DNA from: an uncultured bacterium
Lineage (GTDB): Bacteria; SAR324; NAC60-12
Assembly (NCBI GenBank): GCA_964010765.1
Contig: CAXGMD010000072.1
Location: 1 to 17,723, forward strand
Direction: 5' to 3'
Length of the DNA: 17,723 nt
A program made the translations under genes and the position numbers. The notes under the pieces are model-generated. The model was not told where the DNA came from. It worked only from the letters and a program-made list of their open reading frames with translations, and made no database searches. The stretch's first letter is position 1. Every line of letters begins with the position of its first letter. Below, in pieces: positions 7,305 to 16,213 of this stretch.

Positions 7305-9215
7305 ATGAAACGATCTACTTTTCTCAAATCTCTCATTGCTCTTGGTTTTTCTGCGATCATTGGGAGCACAGGAGCAATTGCAGGGGAATCCCCTGATCTT
7401 GCAGCTATGGTCAAAGCAGGGACATTGCCACCCTTGAATGAGCGTCTCCCCGAAATTCCATTGATGCTGCCTGTTGTTGACGAAATTGGTCAATACGGTG
7501 GCACACTTCGTCGCGCGTTTCTGGGGCCTGGTGACCACAACAACTATACAAGAGCTGTCTACGACGCACTGGTTCGTTATGCACCAGACGGAAGCCAAAT
7601 TGTTCCTCATATCGCTGCAGGTTGGGAATCTAACGAGAATTTCACGGAATGGATTATTCGCCTGAGACCAGGAGCTAAATGGTCAGACGGCACACCATTC
7701 ACCGCTGATGACATTATGTTCTGGTACGACAATATCTTGATGAACCAAGAACTAATGCCTGGTGGTGTTGGCTGGATGAAAAACGGAGATGGTTCAATGG
7801 CCTCAGTCCAAAAGCTTTCGGACTACCTGGTCAAGTGGACCTACAAGCAGCCAAACACAGCCTTCCTGCTGAACATGGCCAACCTGGATGGGGCTGACAA
7901 ATCAATCAGCAATTTGGTATTTGTCCCAGCTCATTATTTGAAGCAATTCCATCCGGATCACACCAGCAAGGCTAGCTTGGATGCCAAGGTCAAAGAAGCA
8001 GGTTTTGATACCTGGACCCAACTATTCGCGGTGGAAGCACTCCCACATTTGAGCGGTAATCGTCCTGGCATGGCGGCTTGGGTTCCAGATGGAACAACTG
8101 TTTCGGATCAGGTTTTCACGATCAAACGTAATCCGTATTTCGTTGGAGTCGATCCACAGGGCAACCAACTCCCCTATATTGACGAAATTCGCTTTACCTT
8201 CTTTGCAGACAAGGAAGCTTTGAACCTTGCAGCAGTCGCGGGTGAGATTGATTTCCAGGGGCGTCACATCAACATGAGTAGCTATCCTGTTCTCAAAGAA
8301 AACGAGAACAACGCAAACTATCGTGTGGTTACCTGGCCAACTTTTGGAGGCTCAGATGCTGTTGTGATGCTGAACCAAACGTGGACAGGTCCTGAAGGTG
8401 AGTACTTCCGCGATAAGAACTTCCGCATCGCGCTTTCTCACGCAATTGATCGAGATGCCATCAAGGAACTGGCGTTCTTCGGCCTTGGTGAAGCTCGTCA
8501 AGGAGTCCCTGCCCCCTTCCACCCTTACTACCCTGGAGATGAATACGCTTTCCGCTATACCGAGTTCAAACCAGAAGAAGCCTCGGCAATGTTGGATAAA
8601 GTTCTTCCAAACAAAAACAGCGATGGACATCGCTTGATGTCAAATGGACAGGTTCTGGACATTGAAATTGGGGTTGTCCCTCAATTTGGTGCTTGGCCAG
8701 ATATCGCACAATTGATTGTGGAGAATTGGGCAGAAGTCGGAGTCAAAGCACACGTGGAAATTCGTGAGCGAGCTCAACACTTCTCGATGCGTCCGGCCAA
8801 TGAGTTGATGTCAGAGGTCTGGAACGAAGACACGACGGGCTTCCCTTTCAGCGGTCAACCTAAGTTTGATCCTCGAAGTGATCCAGCTCTGACTTTTGCA
8901 CCCTTGGTTGCCAAGTGGTATGCGTCCGGCGGTAAGGAAGGACAGGCTCCACCTGCTGAAATCAAGCGCTTGGTCGACATCATTGATGAAGCCAAAACTT
9001 CTGGACGTAATCGGCAAATCGCTCTAGCCAAAGAACTCTTCCAAATCTGGGCTGACAATGTCTGGGAAATTGGAACTGTTGGGATGACCCCAATGATCCA
9101 GGGAGTTCTGGTTGCGAATGATAAGCTGCGTAACGTTCCAGCTGTTGCTGGAAACGACTGGCCTCTGCGTACTCCTGGAGATACACGTCTCGAGCAGTAT
9201 TTCTATTCACGCTGA
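7305..9215 (+). CDS. ABC transporter substrate-binding protein, family 5 (OppA/DppA-like, probably carbohydrate-binding)
   Basis: Signal peptide ending AIA-GE; LPPLNERLP...GQYGGTLR; LRPGAKWSDGTPFTADDI family-5 signature; RNPYF..D..GNQLPYID; FRIALSHAIDRDAI. Strong RBS. Confidence 0.95.
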   Translation: MKRSTFLKSLIALGFSAIIGSTGAIAGESPDLAAMVKAGTLPPLNERLPEIPLMLPVVDEIGQYGGTLRRAFLGPGDHNNYTRAVYDALVRYAPDGSQIVPHIAAGWESNENFTEWIIRLRPGAKWSDGTPFTADDIMFWYDNILMNQELMPGGVGWMKNGDGSMASVQKLSDYLVKWTYKQPNTAFLLNMANLDGADKSISNLVFVPAHYLKQFHPDHTSKASLDAKVKEAGFDTWTQLFAVEALPHLSGNRPGMAAWVPDGTTVSDQVFTIKRNPYFVGVDPQGNQLPYIDEIRFTFFADKEALNLAAVAGEIDFQGRHINMSSYPVLKENENNANYRVVTWPTFGGSDAVVMLNQTWTGPEGEYFRDKNFRIALSHAIDRDAIKELAFFGLGEARQGVPAPFHPYYPGDEYAFRYTEFKPEEASAMLDKVLPNKNSDGHRLMSNGQVLDIEIGVVPQFGAWPDIAQLIVENWAEVGVKAHVEIRERAQHFSMRPANELMSEVWNEDTTGFPFSGQPKFDPRSDPALTFAPLVAKWYASGGKEGQAPPAEIKRLVDIIDEAKTSGRNRQIALAKELFQIWADNVWEIGTVGMTPMIQGVLVANDKLRNVPAVAGNDWPLRTPGDTRLEQYFYSR

Positions 9216-9226
9216 GTCACACTCCT

Positions 9227-9259
9227 TGCGGTCTGACTTCTTTTTGGAGCCAGACCGCA
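9227..9259 (+). terminator. Intergenic stem-loop after the SBP gene (transcript stabiliser or partial terminator)
   Basis: TGCGGTCTGACTTC-TTTTT-GGAGCCAGACCGCA forms a 14-bp stem with one mismatch and one G-U pair. There is no downstream U-run. Confidence 0.65.
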
Positions 9260-9288
9260 CTCCAAACGTCTGTCCCAGACATTCCTGA

Positions 9289-10278
9289 ATGCTAATCTAC
9301 ATTATCAAGCGGCTCCTGCTGTTGCCGTTCTTGCTACTGATCTTTTCTATCATCGCCTTCCTCTTGATCCAAGCTCCTCCTGGTGACTTTCTAACCAGCT
9401 ATATTGCTGAATTAGCAGCATCAGGTTCCTCGATGGAAAGGGCCCAGATTGATGCGCTGCGGGCGCTCTATGGCCTTGATCAGCCCATGTATCTCCAATA
9501 TTTCAAATGGATGGGAAGAATCCTGACTGGAGACCTAGGAGTCTCATTGGATTGGCAACGTCCCATTAGTGAGCTAATCGGTGAGCGCATGGGGCTCACC
9601 CTTGCCCTTGGCTTGGGAACATTTGTATTTACATGGTTGATTGCGATTCCGATTGGGATTTTCTCAGCTACACGCAAGTACTCTTTTTTTGATTACTTCT
9701 TCACTGTTTTTAATTACTTCGGTGTTGCCACACCAACCTTCATGACCGCTTTAGTCCTGATGTGGATTGCCTTCAAATACTATGGCGTGAGCATTACAGG
9801 ACTTTTCTCGGCAGAGTACATTGACGCTCCCTGGAGTTGGGATCGAGTTGTAGATTTGTTGCAGCACTTATGGCTCCCCGTTGTCATTCTTGGGTTGGAT
9901 GGAACTGCCCGGCTTGCCAGAGTGATGCGAGCCAACTTGCTCGACGAGCTAAAAAAACCCTATATGGAGATGGCAAGGGCTAAGGGCCTCTCCGAGTGGC
10001 GTCTCGTCATGAAATATCCTGTCCGTTTAGCACTGAATCCTCTTGTCAGTACGATTGGCTGGTATCTACCTCTCATCTTTTCTGGAAGTGTGATTGTCGC
10101 AACGGTAATGAATTTGCCCACGATAGGCCCCATGCTACTTAGGGCTCTGATCAGTCAGGATATGTTTCTGGCAGGCACAATCATTCTCTTCTACATGATG
10201 CTGGCAGTGGTTGGTACATTGATTTCTGACATCCTCTTGGCTTGGCTGGATCCAAGAATTCGACTGGATGAGGAGTGA
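9289..10278 (+). CDS. ABC transporter permease (OppB/DppB-like)
   Basis: YIIKRLL start, YGLDQPMYLQYFKWM...GDLGVS, EAA-loop equivalent YMEMARAKGL, DMFLAG and LDPRIR. Confidence 0.95.
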   Translation: MLIYIIKRLLLLPFLLLIFSIIAFLLIQAPPGDFLTSYIAELAASGSSMERAQIDALRALYGLDQPMYLQYFKWMGRILTGDLGVSLDWQRPISELIGERMGLTLALGLGTFVFTWLIAIPIGIFSATRKYSFFDYFFTVFNYFGVATPTFMTALVLMWIAFKYYGVSITGLFSAEYIDAPWSWDRVVDLLQHLWLPVVILGLDGTARLARVMRANLLDELKKPYMEMARAKGLSEWRLVMKYPVRLALNPLVSTIGWYLPLIFSGSVIVATVMNLPTIGPMLLRALISQDMFLAGTIILFYMMLAVVGTLISDILLAWLDPRIRLDEE

Positions 10279-10279
10279 G

Positions 10280-11782
10280 ATGTTACAAAAGTCAGAAAAT
10301 AAACCCAATATTGTTTTGATCGTGCCGGATCAACTCCGACCTGACTTTCTTGGGTGCTACGGTGCGAAGTTCATTCAAACCCCTAATATCGATAAGCTTG
10401 CCCAACAAGGGTTACAATTCAATCGGGCCGTATCGCCCTCCCCAATCTGCATTCCAGCTAGGGCATCCCTACTCACAGGACACAATGCCCTCTCCACTGG
10501 AGTGTTAACGAACAATTACTGGCTGCGCCCAGATCATGAGGATTGTGGTCTTCTCAGTATTACCAGCATCTTATTAGAAAACGGCTATCACACTGAGGGG
10601 ATCGGCAAGATGCACTTCATCCCCTGGGACCAAGAGGCGGGGTTCAGTCATCGATGGATTGCTGAAGACAAGCGCCACATCCATATTCAGGATGACTACG
10701 CTGATTATTTAGCAGCACAAGGTCTTCGGAAGCTTGCTGGAACAGAAGAACCTAACTACCGCGAGGGCCGAATGGCTTCGGTCAGCCCAATCCCGTTGGA
10801 ACATCAAGTAGATGTTTGGGTTGGAGATCGGAGTGTGGAGTTCATCAAGGATTGTCCTCAGGATAGACCATACTTTCTGTGGGTGGCTTTTCCAGGACCC
10901 CACGATCCTTATAATCCACCTGCAGAAATTCTTAATTCCATGCGCCCGGCAGAAGAGTTTCCCTTCTCAATTCCTGGAACATTTGACAGTCAGACCTTCC
11001 AAAGAGGGTTTATCCACGCCCACCTCAGTGGATCAGCCCAAGCAGATTTTCGAGAGTTTCCGGAACTAGCCAAACAGATCATTCGACGACACTATGCAGG
11101 TTTGGTTCAGATCATTGATCACCAAGTCGGAAAAATTTTAAGTGCTATCGAAGAGCAAGATTCTGAGCGTGAGACACTGATCATCTTCACATCAGATCAC
11201 GGTGATTTTCTGGGTGATTTTGACATGGTTGGCAAAGCTTTATTCTACGAATCTTCTTCTCGTGTACCCCTGATCGCGAGAGGAACGCCATATCGGGTTG
11301 GACAATCCAAGAGCTTGGTTTCGTTGACTGATCTTTATGCAACAATCCTCAATCACGCGGGAATAAAGATGATAGCTCAGGACTCCCAAGCAATCCCCAC
11401 AAAGCCTGATCAGCAGACTCGTAAACACATCATAGGAGCCACAGGTGCTGGGCTGATGTGGTGCGACGAGCGCTGGAAATTATCACGCTACAAGAATGGA
11501 CTTAGTACTTTGTTTGATTTGGAAGCGGACCCCCTCGAACAAAACAACCTACTTCTTGATCCTGATTTTGCTGATATTCGGAACCAGGTGGAAGCAGAGT
11601 TAACCAAATCTTTGATGGAAGGTCTGGTTCAGGGTCATCAAGAAAAATCATATCCCTACATGACACTTACGCCAGATCATGATGGGCATCATCGAAATTG
11701 GCAGCGCCCCTATCCAGCCAATACATGGGACAAATTTGAGGAAATCAAAGCCAATTGGGGAAAAGCAGGAATGCCCGTATGA
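10280..11782 (+). CDS. Formylglycine-dependent (Cys-type, S1) sulfatase, cytoplasmic
   Basis: KPNIVLIVPDQLR, TPNIDKLA, SPICIPARASLLTG (CxPxR), GKMH, PHDPY, FTSDHG and LFDLEADPLEQNNL. Start placed at ATG 10280 behind GAGGAG rather than 10268. No signal peptide. Confidence 0.92.
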   Translation: MLQKSENKPNIVLIVPDQLRPDFLGCYGAKFIQTPNIDKLAQQGLQFNRAVSPSPICIPARASLLTGHNALSTGVLTNNYWLRPDHEDCGLLSITSILLENGYHTEGIGKMHFIPWDQEAGFSHRWIAEDKRHIHIQDDYADYLAAQGLRKLAGTEEPNYREGRMASVSPIPLEHQVDVWVGDRSVEFIKDCPQDRPYFLWVAFPGPHDPYNPPAEILNSMRPAEEFPFSIPGTFDSQTFQRGFIHAHLSGSAQADFREFPELAKQIIRRHYAGLVQIIDHQVGKILSAIEEQDSERETLIIFTSDHGDFLGDFDMVGKALFYESSSRVPLIARGTPYRVGQSKSLVSLTDLYATILNHAGIKMIAQDSQAIPTKPDQQTRKHIIGATGAGLMWCDERWKLSRYKNGLSTLFDLEADPLEQNNLLLDPDFADIRNQVEAELTKSLMEGLVQGHQEKSYPYMTLTPDHDGHHRNWQRPYPANTWDKFEEIKANWGKAGMPV

Positions 11783-11804
11783 ATCATTTTGCGCGAGCCT
11801 ACAG

Positions 11805-12938
11805 ATGACTTCTCAAACTACCTTGAGCAGTGAAGTCAGCGAAAAGATTAAGGATGAGGCCTTTGACGTAGCCCCTAATTGGAAGCTTGTCTGGTGGCGT
11901 TTCAAGAAGCATCGGTTAGCTTTAGTCAGTGCATTCGTACTGTTTGGGATCATTCTAATTGCCTTGTTCCCTGATTTCTTCAGTATCCAAGATCCCAACA
12001 AATCAAGCGCTCGTGAATCTTTCATGCCGCCTCAGGGGATATCCTTTTTCCACAATGGAAGTTTTCAGGTCCATGTCAAACCACTCAAAGGGAAACGGAA
12101 TAAGACAACGCTTAAGATGGAGTGGGGAGTCGATGAGAAGAGAATTTTACCACTACATTTCTTCACAAGTGGTTATGAATACGAGGTTTTTGGGCTTTTC
12201 AAAACAGATCTACACCTCTTTGGTATTGAAAAACCGTCTGCTCGGAATTCGTTCCACCTACTGGGTACCGATCGTTTAGGCCGTGATCAGTGGTCTCGAC
12301 TGATGCATGGAACCAGAGTTTCACTTTCAATCGGGCTAGTCGCGGTTGGACTCAGTATTTTTCTTGGGATTCTGCTCGGTGGAATCTCAGGATATTACGG
12401 AGGCTGGCCTGACTTGGTCATTCAAAGATTGATCGAGATCCTTCAATCACTGCCACCTATTCCAATCTGGATGGCCTTGACTGCTGCCTTGCCCAGAGAC
12501 TGGACGGTAGAGCAGACTTACTTTGCGATCACTCTCATTCTTTCTCTACTGGGTTGGACCACACTCGGTCGAGAGGTTCGTGGTAGATTTTTGTCATTGA
12601 GAGAAGAAGACTTCGTCATGGCTGCAAAACTCTCTGGTTGCAGCCAAAGTCGTATCATCTTCCGACACATGCTACCCACCTTCACAAGTCACATCATTGC
12701 TACCAGTACTCTGGCGATTCCGGTAATGATCATTAACGAAACATTTTTAAGTTTCTTAGGTCTCGGTTTGCGTCCGCCTGCAATCAGCTGGGGTGTACTC
12801 TTACAAGAAGCGCAGAATCTTCAGTCGATTGCCCTGGCTCCTTGGTTGTTGCTTCCTGGCTTGGCTGTCATCTTTACCGTTCTTGCGCTGAACATCCTGG
12901 GGGATGGCTTGCGTGATGCCGCCGACCCTTACAGTTGA
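11805..12938 (+). CDS. ABC transporter permease (OppC/DppC-like)
   Basis: WWRFKKHRLA, LLGTDRLGRDQWSR, EDFVMAAKLSG, ETFLSFLGLG..PP..SWG and GDGLRDAADP. Start placed at ATG 11805 to avoid a ~100-nt overlap with the sulfatase. Confidence 0.95.
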   Translation: MTSQTTLSSEVSEKIKDEAFDVAPNWKLVWWRFKKHRLALVSAFVLFGIILIALFPDFFSIQDPNKSSARESFMPPQGISFFHNGSFQVHVKPLKGKRNKTTLKMEWGVDEKRILPLHFFTSGYEYEVFGLFKTDLHLFGIEKPSARNSFHLLGTDRLGRDQWSRLMHGTRVSLSIGLVAVGLSIFLGILLGGISGYYGGWPDLVIQRLIEILQSLPPIPIWMALTAALPRDWTVEQTYFAITLILSLLGWTTLGREVRGRFLSLREEDFVMAAKLSGCSQSRIIFRHMLPTFTSHIIATSTLAIPVMIINETFLSFLGLGLRPPAISWGVLLQEAQNLQSIALAPWLLLPGLAVIFTVLALNILGDGLRDAADPYS

Positions 12939-12946
12939 GAACAAAA

Positions 12947-13978
12947 ATGACAAATCAGCCCTTGCTGGAAGTCCGGGATCTGCAGACTGTTTTTGAACTT
13001 GATGAGGGGACCGTCAGAGCGGTTGATGGAGTCAGCTTTAATGTGTATCCAGGTAGAGTTTTAGGGATTGTTGGTGAAAGTGGCTGCGGCAAAAGTGTAA
13101 CCATCAAGTCCGTCCTACGATTGATCGAAGAACCCGGCAGAATTGCCAACGGTGCCATTCGCTTCCGGTCAAAAATTCTGGGTAATTCCTCTGCTGAGAT
13201 GGTTGATCTCGTTCAATTACCTGCTAAGAGTGCCCAATTGAGAGCCCTGCGAGGGAATGAGATCGCACTGATTCCCCAAGAACCCATGGCTGCCTTCAGT
13301 CCAGTGCATACCATTGGCAATCAATTGATGGAGGTGATTCAACTCCATCAACCCGTCAGTGACGGAGAAGCAAAAAAAATTGCGGTAAATCGTCTCAAAG
13401 AAGTTGGAGTTCCAAATCCAGAAAGCGCAATAGATCGCTATTCTTGGGAACTGAGTGGCGGGCTTCGTCAACGCGCAATGATCGGAATGGCTCTTACCTG
13501 TGATCCACTTCTTTTAATAGCTGATGAACCCACCACAGCCATTGATGTCACCACACAGGCTCAGGTGCTGAGCCTGCTGCGTAAGCTTCAGCAGGAGCAT
13601 CAGACATCAATCATCTTCATCACCCATGACCTTGGGGTGATCGCCCAACTCGCGGATGATGTCGTGGTGATGTACCTAGGCAAGGTGATGGAGAGCGGCC
13701 CAGTTGATCAAATTTTTCATAATCCCCAACATCCCTACACGCGGGCTCTACTAAGGTCTATCCCAACCGTCTACACAAAGAATCGTAGTCGTCTACCAAC
13801 GATCTCAGGATCAATTCCTCACCCATTCCAAAAGCGCACTGGCTGTCCCTTCGTGGCTCGCTGCCAAGAGGCTCTTCCAGAACAGCGGTGTGCCAATCAA
13901 GCACCAGCACTCAAAGCAATCAATGAACACCAATCAGTGAGTTGCTTCCTTCATGGAGAGGAGGTCAATGTCAGCTGA
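12947..13978 (+). CDS. ABC transporter ATP-binding protein (OppD/DppD-like)
   Basis: Walker A GESGCGKS, signature LSGGLRQR, Walker [14 protein letters not shown], and the C-terminal oligo_HPY region HPYT...[11 protein letters not shown] 12947 preferred over TTG 12935. Confidence 0.95.
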   Translation: MTNQPLLEVRDLQTVFELDEGTVRAVDGVSFNVYPGRVLGIVGESGCGKSVTIKSVLRLIEEPGRIANGAIRFRSKILGNSSAEMVDLVQLPAKSAQLRALRGNEIALIPQEPMAAFSPVHTIGNQLMEVIQLHQPVSDGEAKKIAVNRLKEVGVPNPESAIDRYSWELSGGLRQRAMIGMALTCDPLLLIADEPTTAIDVTTQAQVLSLLRKLQQEHQTSIIFITHDLGVIAQLADDVVVMYLGKVMESGPVDQIFHNPQHPYTRALLRSIPTVYTKNRSRLPTISGSIPHPFQKRTGCPFVARCQEALPEQRCANQAPALKAINEHQSVSCFLHGEEVNVS

Positions 13979-15032
13979 ACCAACCCAATCAACTTTGACC
14001 AATAATGCGCTCATATCTCCGGAGCGTTTGCTAGATGTTAAAGAGTTGAAAAAATATTTTCCTATCCGAAAGGGGGTTTTTAAAAGTGTAGTCGGCCAAG
14101 TACGATCTGTTGATGGGGTTACATTTCATTTAAACCAGGGAGAGACCTTAGGACTTGTGGGTGAAAGTGGCTGTGGAAAAACAACCACCTCCCGCTGTCT
14201 GCTGCGTGCCATAAATCCAACATCCGGTGAAATTCGTTATCGACAAGCTGATGGACAATTGGTGGATGTGACACAACTAGCCAGTGACCAACTGAGACCT
14301 GTACGTCGGGAAATGCAGATGATCTTTCAAGATCCATTTGCCTCTCTCAATCCTCGAATGAACCTACTGGATCTTGTCGGTGAACCTCTTTTGGTCAACG
14401 GTGTCGCCAATCGCAAAGAACGAAGCGATCGAGTCGCTGATCTGCTTCGTCTTGTGGGCCTGAGACCAGAATATATGCGTCGGTTTCCCCATGCGTTTAG
14501 TGGAGGTCAACGACAAAGAATCGTGATTGCCCGCGCCCTGGCACTCAATCCTCGTCTGGTTGTAGCCGATGAACCAGTCTCTGCTTTGGATGTTTCAGTA
14601 CAGGCCCAGGTACTCAATCTATTGCTGGATCTCCAGGAACAGTTGAAGCTGACGTACCTGTTTGTTGCCCATGACTTGAGTGTCGTCCGTCACATTAGCG
14701 ATCGTGTGGCCGTAATGTATGTGGGCCGGATCGTAGAAATGTCTCCAACGGATGAGCTTTTCCTGGCACCAAAGCACCCCTACACCGCAGCTTTGCTATC
14801 AGCCGTACCGGTTGCTGATCCTAGAATTCGCTCAAAGATGCAACCCTTGGAAGGTGACGTGCCCAGTCCTTCCAATCCCCCTAACGGCTGTCATTTTCAT
14901 CCCAGATGTCCCTTTGCCACTGAGTTGTGTCGGCAACAAGCACCAGACTTGGAAGAAGTCCAACCTAATCACTTCGTGGCCTGTCATCGGCAAGCTGAGT
15001 TAAAATTGTCTGGTGTCTCTGAGCCAACCTGA
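13968..15032 (+). CDS. ABC transporter ATP-binding protein (OppF/DppF-like)
   Basis: [37 protein letters not shown] and HPYT...[11 protein letters not shown] 13968 lies behind a GGAGGT RBS. Confidence 0.95.
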   Translation: MSAEPTQSTLTNNALISPERLLDVKELKKYFPIRKGVFKSVVGQVRSVDGVTFHLNQGETLGLVGESGCGKTTTSRCLLRAINPTSGEIRYRQADGQLVDVTQLASDQLRPVRREMQMIFQDPFASLNPRMNLLDLVGEPLLVNGVANRKERSDRVADLLRLVGLRPEYMRRFPHAFSGGQRQRIVIARALALNPRLVVADEPVSALDVSVQAQVLNLLLDLQEQLKLTYLFVAHDLSVVRHISDRVAVMYVGRIVEMSPTDELFLAPKHPYTAALLSAVPVADPRIRSKMQPLEGDVPSPSNPPNGCHFHPRCPFATELCRQQAPDLEEVQPNHFVACHRQAELKLSGVSEPT

Positions 15033-15044
15033 TCCTAGTAAAAC

Positions 15045-16169
15045 ATGCTCTTTTCAGCTGACCAAAAAGTTCACGTCGACAAGCAAGGGGCTCTAAAAGA
15101 GTCCCTTCAGACGGTTGATGGCACATTTCAATCTGAACGAAAGAGGACCCTTGGGTTGTGTGATATCCAGCTCAATGGCTTTGCTGGCATTGATTTTAAC
15201 AATCCAAACTTAAACCCCGAAGATTTTCATCGATCGATGCAGGCTCTCCTAAGAACTGGAGTGACCAACGTACTTCCGACATTGATCACTGCTAACCAAG
15301 GTGATCTGTATCGAAACTTTGAAGCATTGGAGAGGGCACGGGCGTTCTCTCCCATTGCCCAGATGATGGTGAAAGGATATCACCTGGAGGGACCTTTTCT
15401 CAATCCAGCCCAAGGTTTTGCAGGTTGCCATCCATCCCAGTTCATGGGTAGAAAGCCATCTTGGGAAAAGTTTGTGAGTTGGCAAGCTGCAGCAGGAGGT
15501 CGAATAAAGCTTCTAACTGTGGCTCCAGAGATGCCCGGTGTTCTTGAATTGATTACCAAATGCGTTGAAAGTGGGGTCCGCGTATCCCTCGGTCATACAA
15601 ACGCTTCGCACGAAGATATCCGAAAAGCTGTGGGGGCTGGGGCATCGTTGTCAACACACTTGGGCAATGGTGTTGCTCAGTTATTACCAAAGGTTGACAA
15701 TCCGATCTTGAGCCAACTTGCTGAGGAAGGTCTTACTGCCAGTTTTATTGCGGATGGCTTTCATCAGAAACCTCATGTACTGCGCGTCTACATCAAAGCC
15801 AAGGGTTCAGACCGAACCATCTTAGTCAGTGATGGAACTGCAGCTTCAGGGACAGTTCCTGGAACCTATTACTTAGGTGCTACAAAGATTCAGTCCAAAC
15901 CTGAGGGTGTGGTGCATCTCTTTGGAACCCAGAATCTTGCTGGTTCAGCGGCAACTCTGCTGGAATGTCTGCAAAATGTCATGAGTTGGTACAACACCTC
16001 TCTGGAACAAGGAATTCGCTGGACCTCAATCCAACCTAGAAAGCTTTTGGGCTGGCCAACTACACAAAATGTTGGAGATCTTGCTGAATTGTTGGAGTGG
16101 GAATACATCAATGATCGATGGACCCCAGCATCTGTTCAACTTGGCACGCAGATCATCAAAATTCATTGA
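15045..16169 (+). CDS. N-acetylglucosamine-6-phosphate deacetylase-like amidohydrolase (NagA family, divergent THLGNG type)
   Basis: DIQLNGFAG, LPTLIT, HLEGPFLN, GCHP, TVAPE, SLGHTNA, THLGNG, IADGFH, VSDG and LAGSA. Confidence 0.88.
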   Translation: MLFSADQKVHVDKQGALKESLQTVDGTFQSERKRTLGLCDIQLNGFAGIDFNNPNLNPEDFHRSMQALLRTGVTNVLPTLITANQGDLYRNFEALERARAFSPIAQMMVKGYHLEGPFLNPAQGFAGCHPSQFMGRKPSWEKFVSWQAAAGGRIKLLTVAPEMPGVLELITKCVESGVRVSLGHTNASHEDIRKAVGAGASLSTHLGNGVAQLLPKVDNPILSQLAEEGLTASFIADGFHQKPHVLRVYIKAKGSDRTILVSDGTAASGTVPGTYYLGATKIQSKPEGVVHLFGTQNLAGSAATLLECLQNVMSWYNTSLEQGIRWTSIQPRKLLGWPTTQNVGDLAELLEWEYINDRWTPASVQLGTQIIKIH

Positions 16170-16213
16170 AGAAACAACTGGAAGCACACAAAAACTCAAA
16201 TGGAGCGATACTA

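Noticed and set aside
9220..9263. CACTCC direct repeats around the hairpin suggesting a miniature insertion element
   Set aside because: The repeats are only 6 bp and partly overlap the stem, I saw no second copy of the element, and there is no transposase; an ordinary intergenic stem-loop explains it.
11679..11804. Longer N-terminus for the second permease given in the ORF track
   Set aside because: It overlaps the sulfatase by ~100 nt and has no permease-like sequence; ATG 11805 is more plausible.
7305..15032. Calling the ABC system a true oligopeptide transporter (oppABCDF)
   Set aside because: The fold family is Opp/Dpp, but the neighbouring enzymes point to sugar catabolism and no peptidase is present, so gene symbols were withheld.
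16118..16213. 32-aa N-terminal extension of UxaC
   Set aside because: It overlaps the NagA-like gene; ATG 16214 has a GGAG RBS and matches the usual start before HPDRLF.
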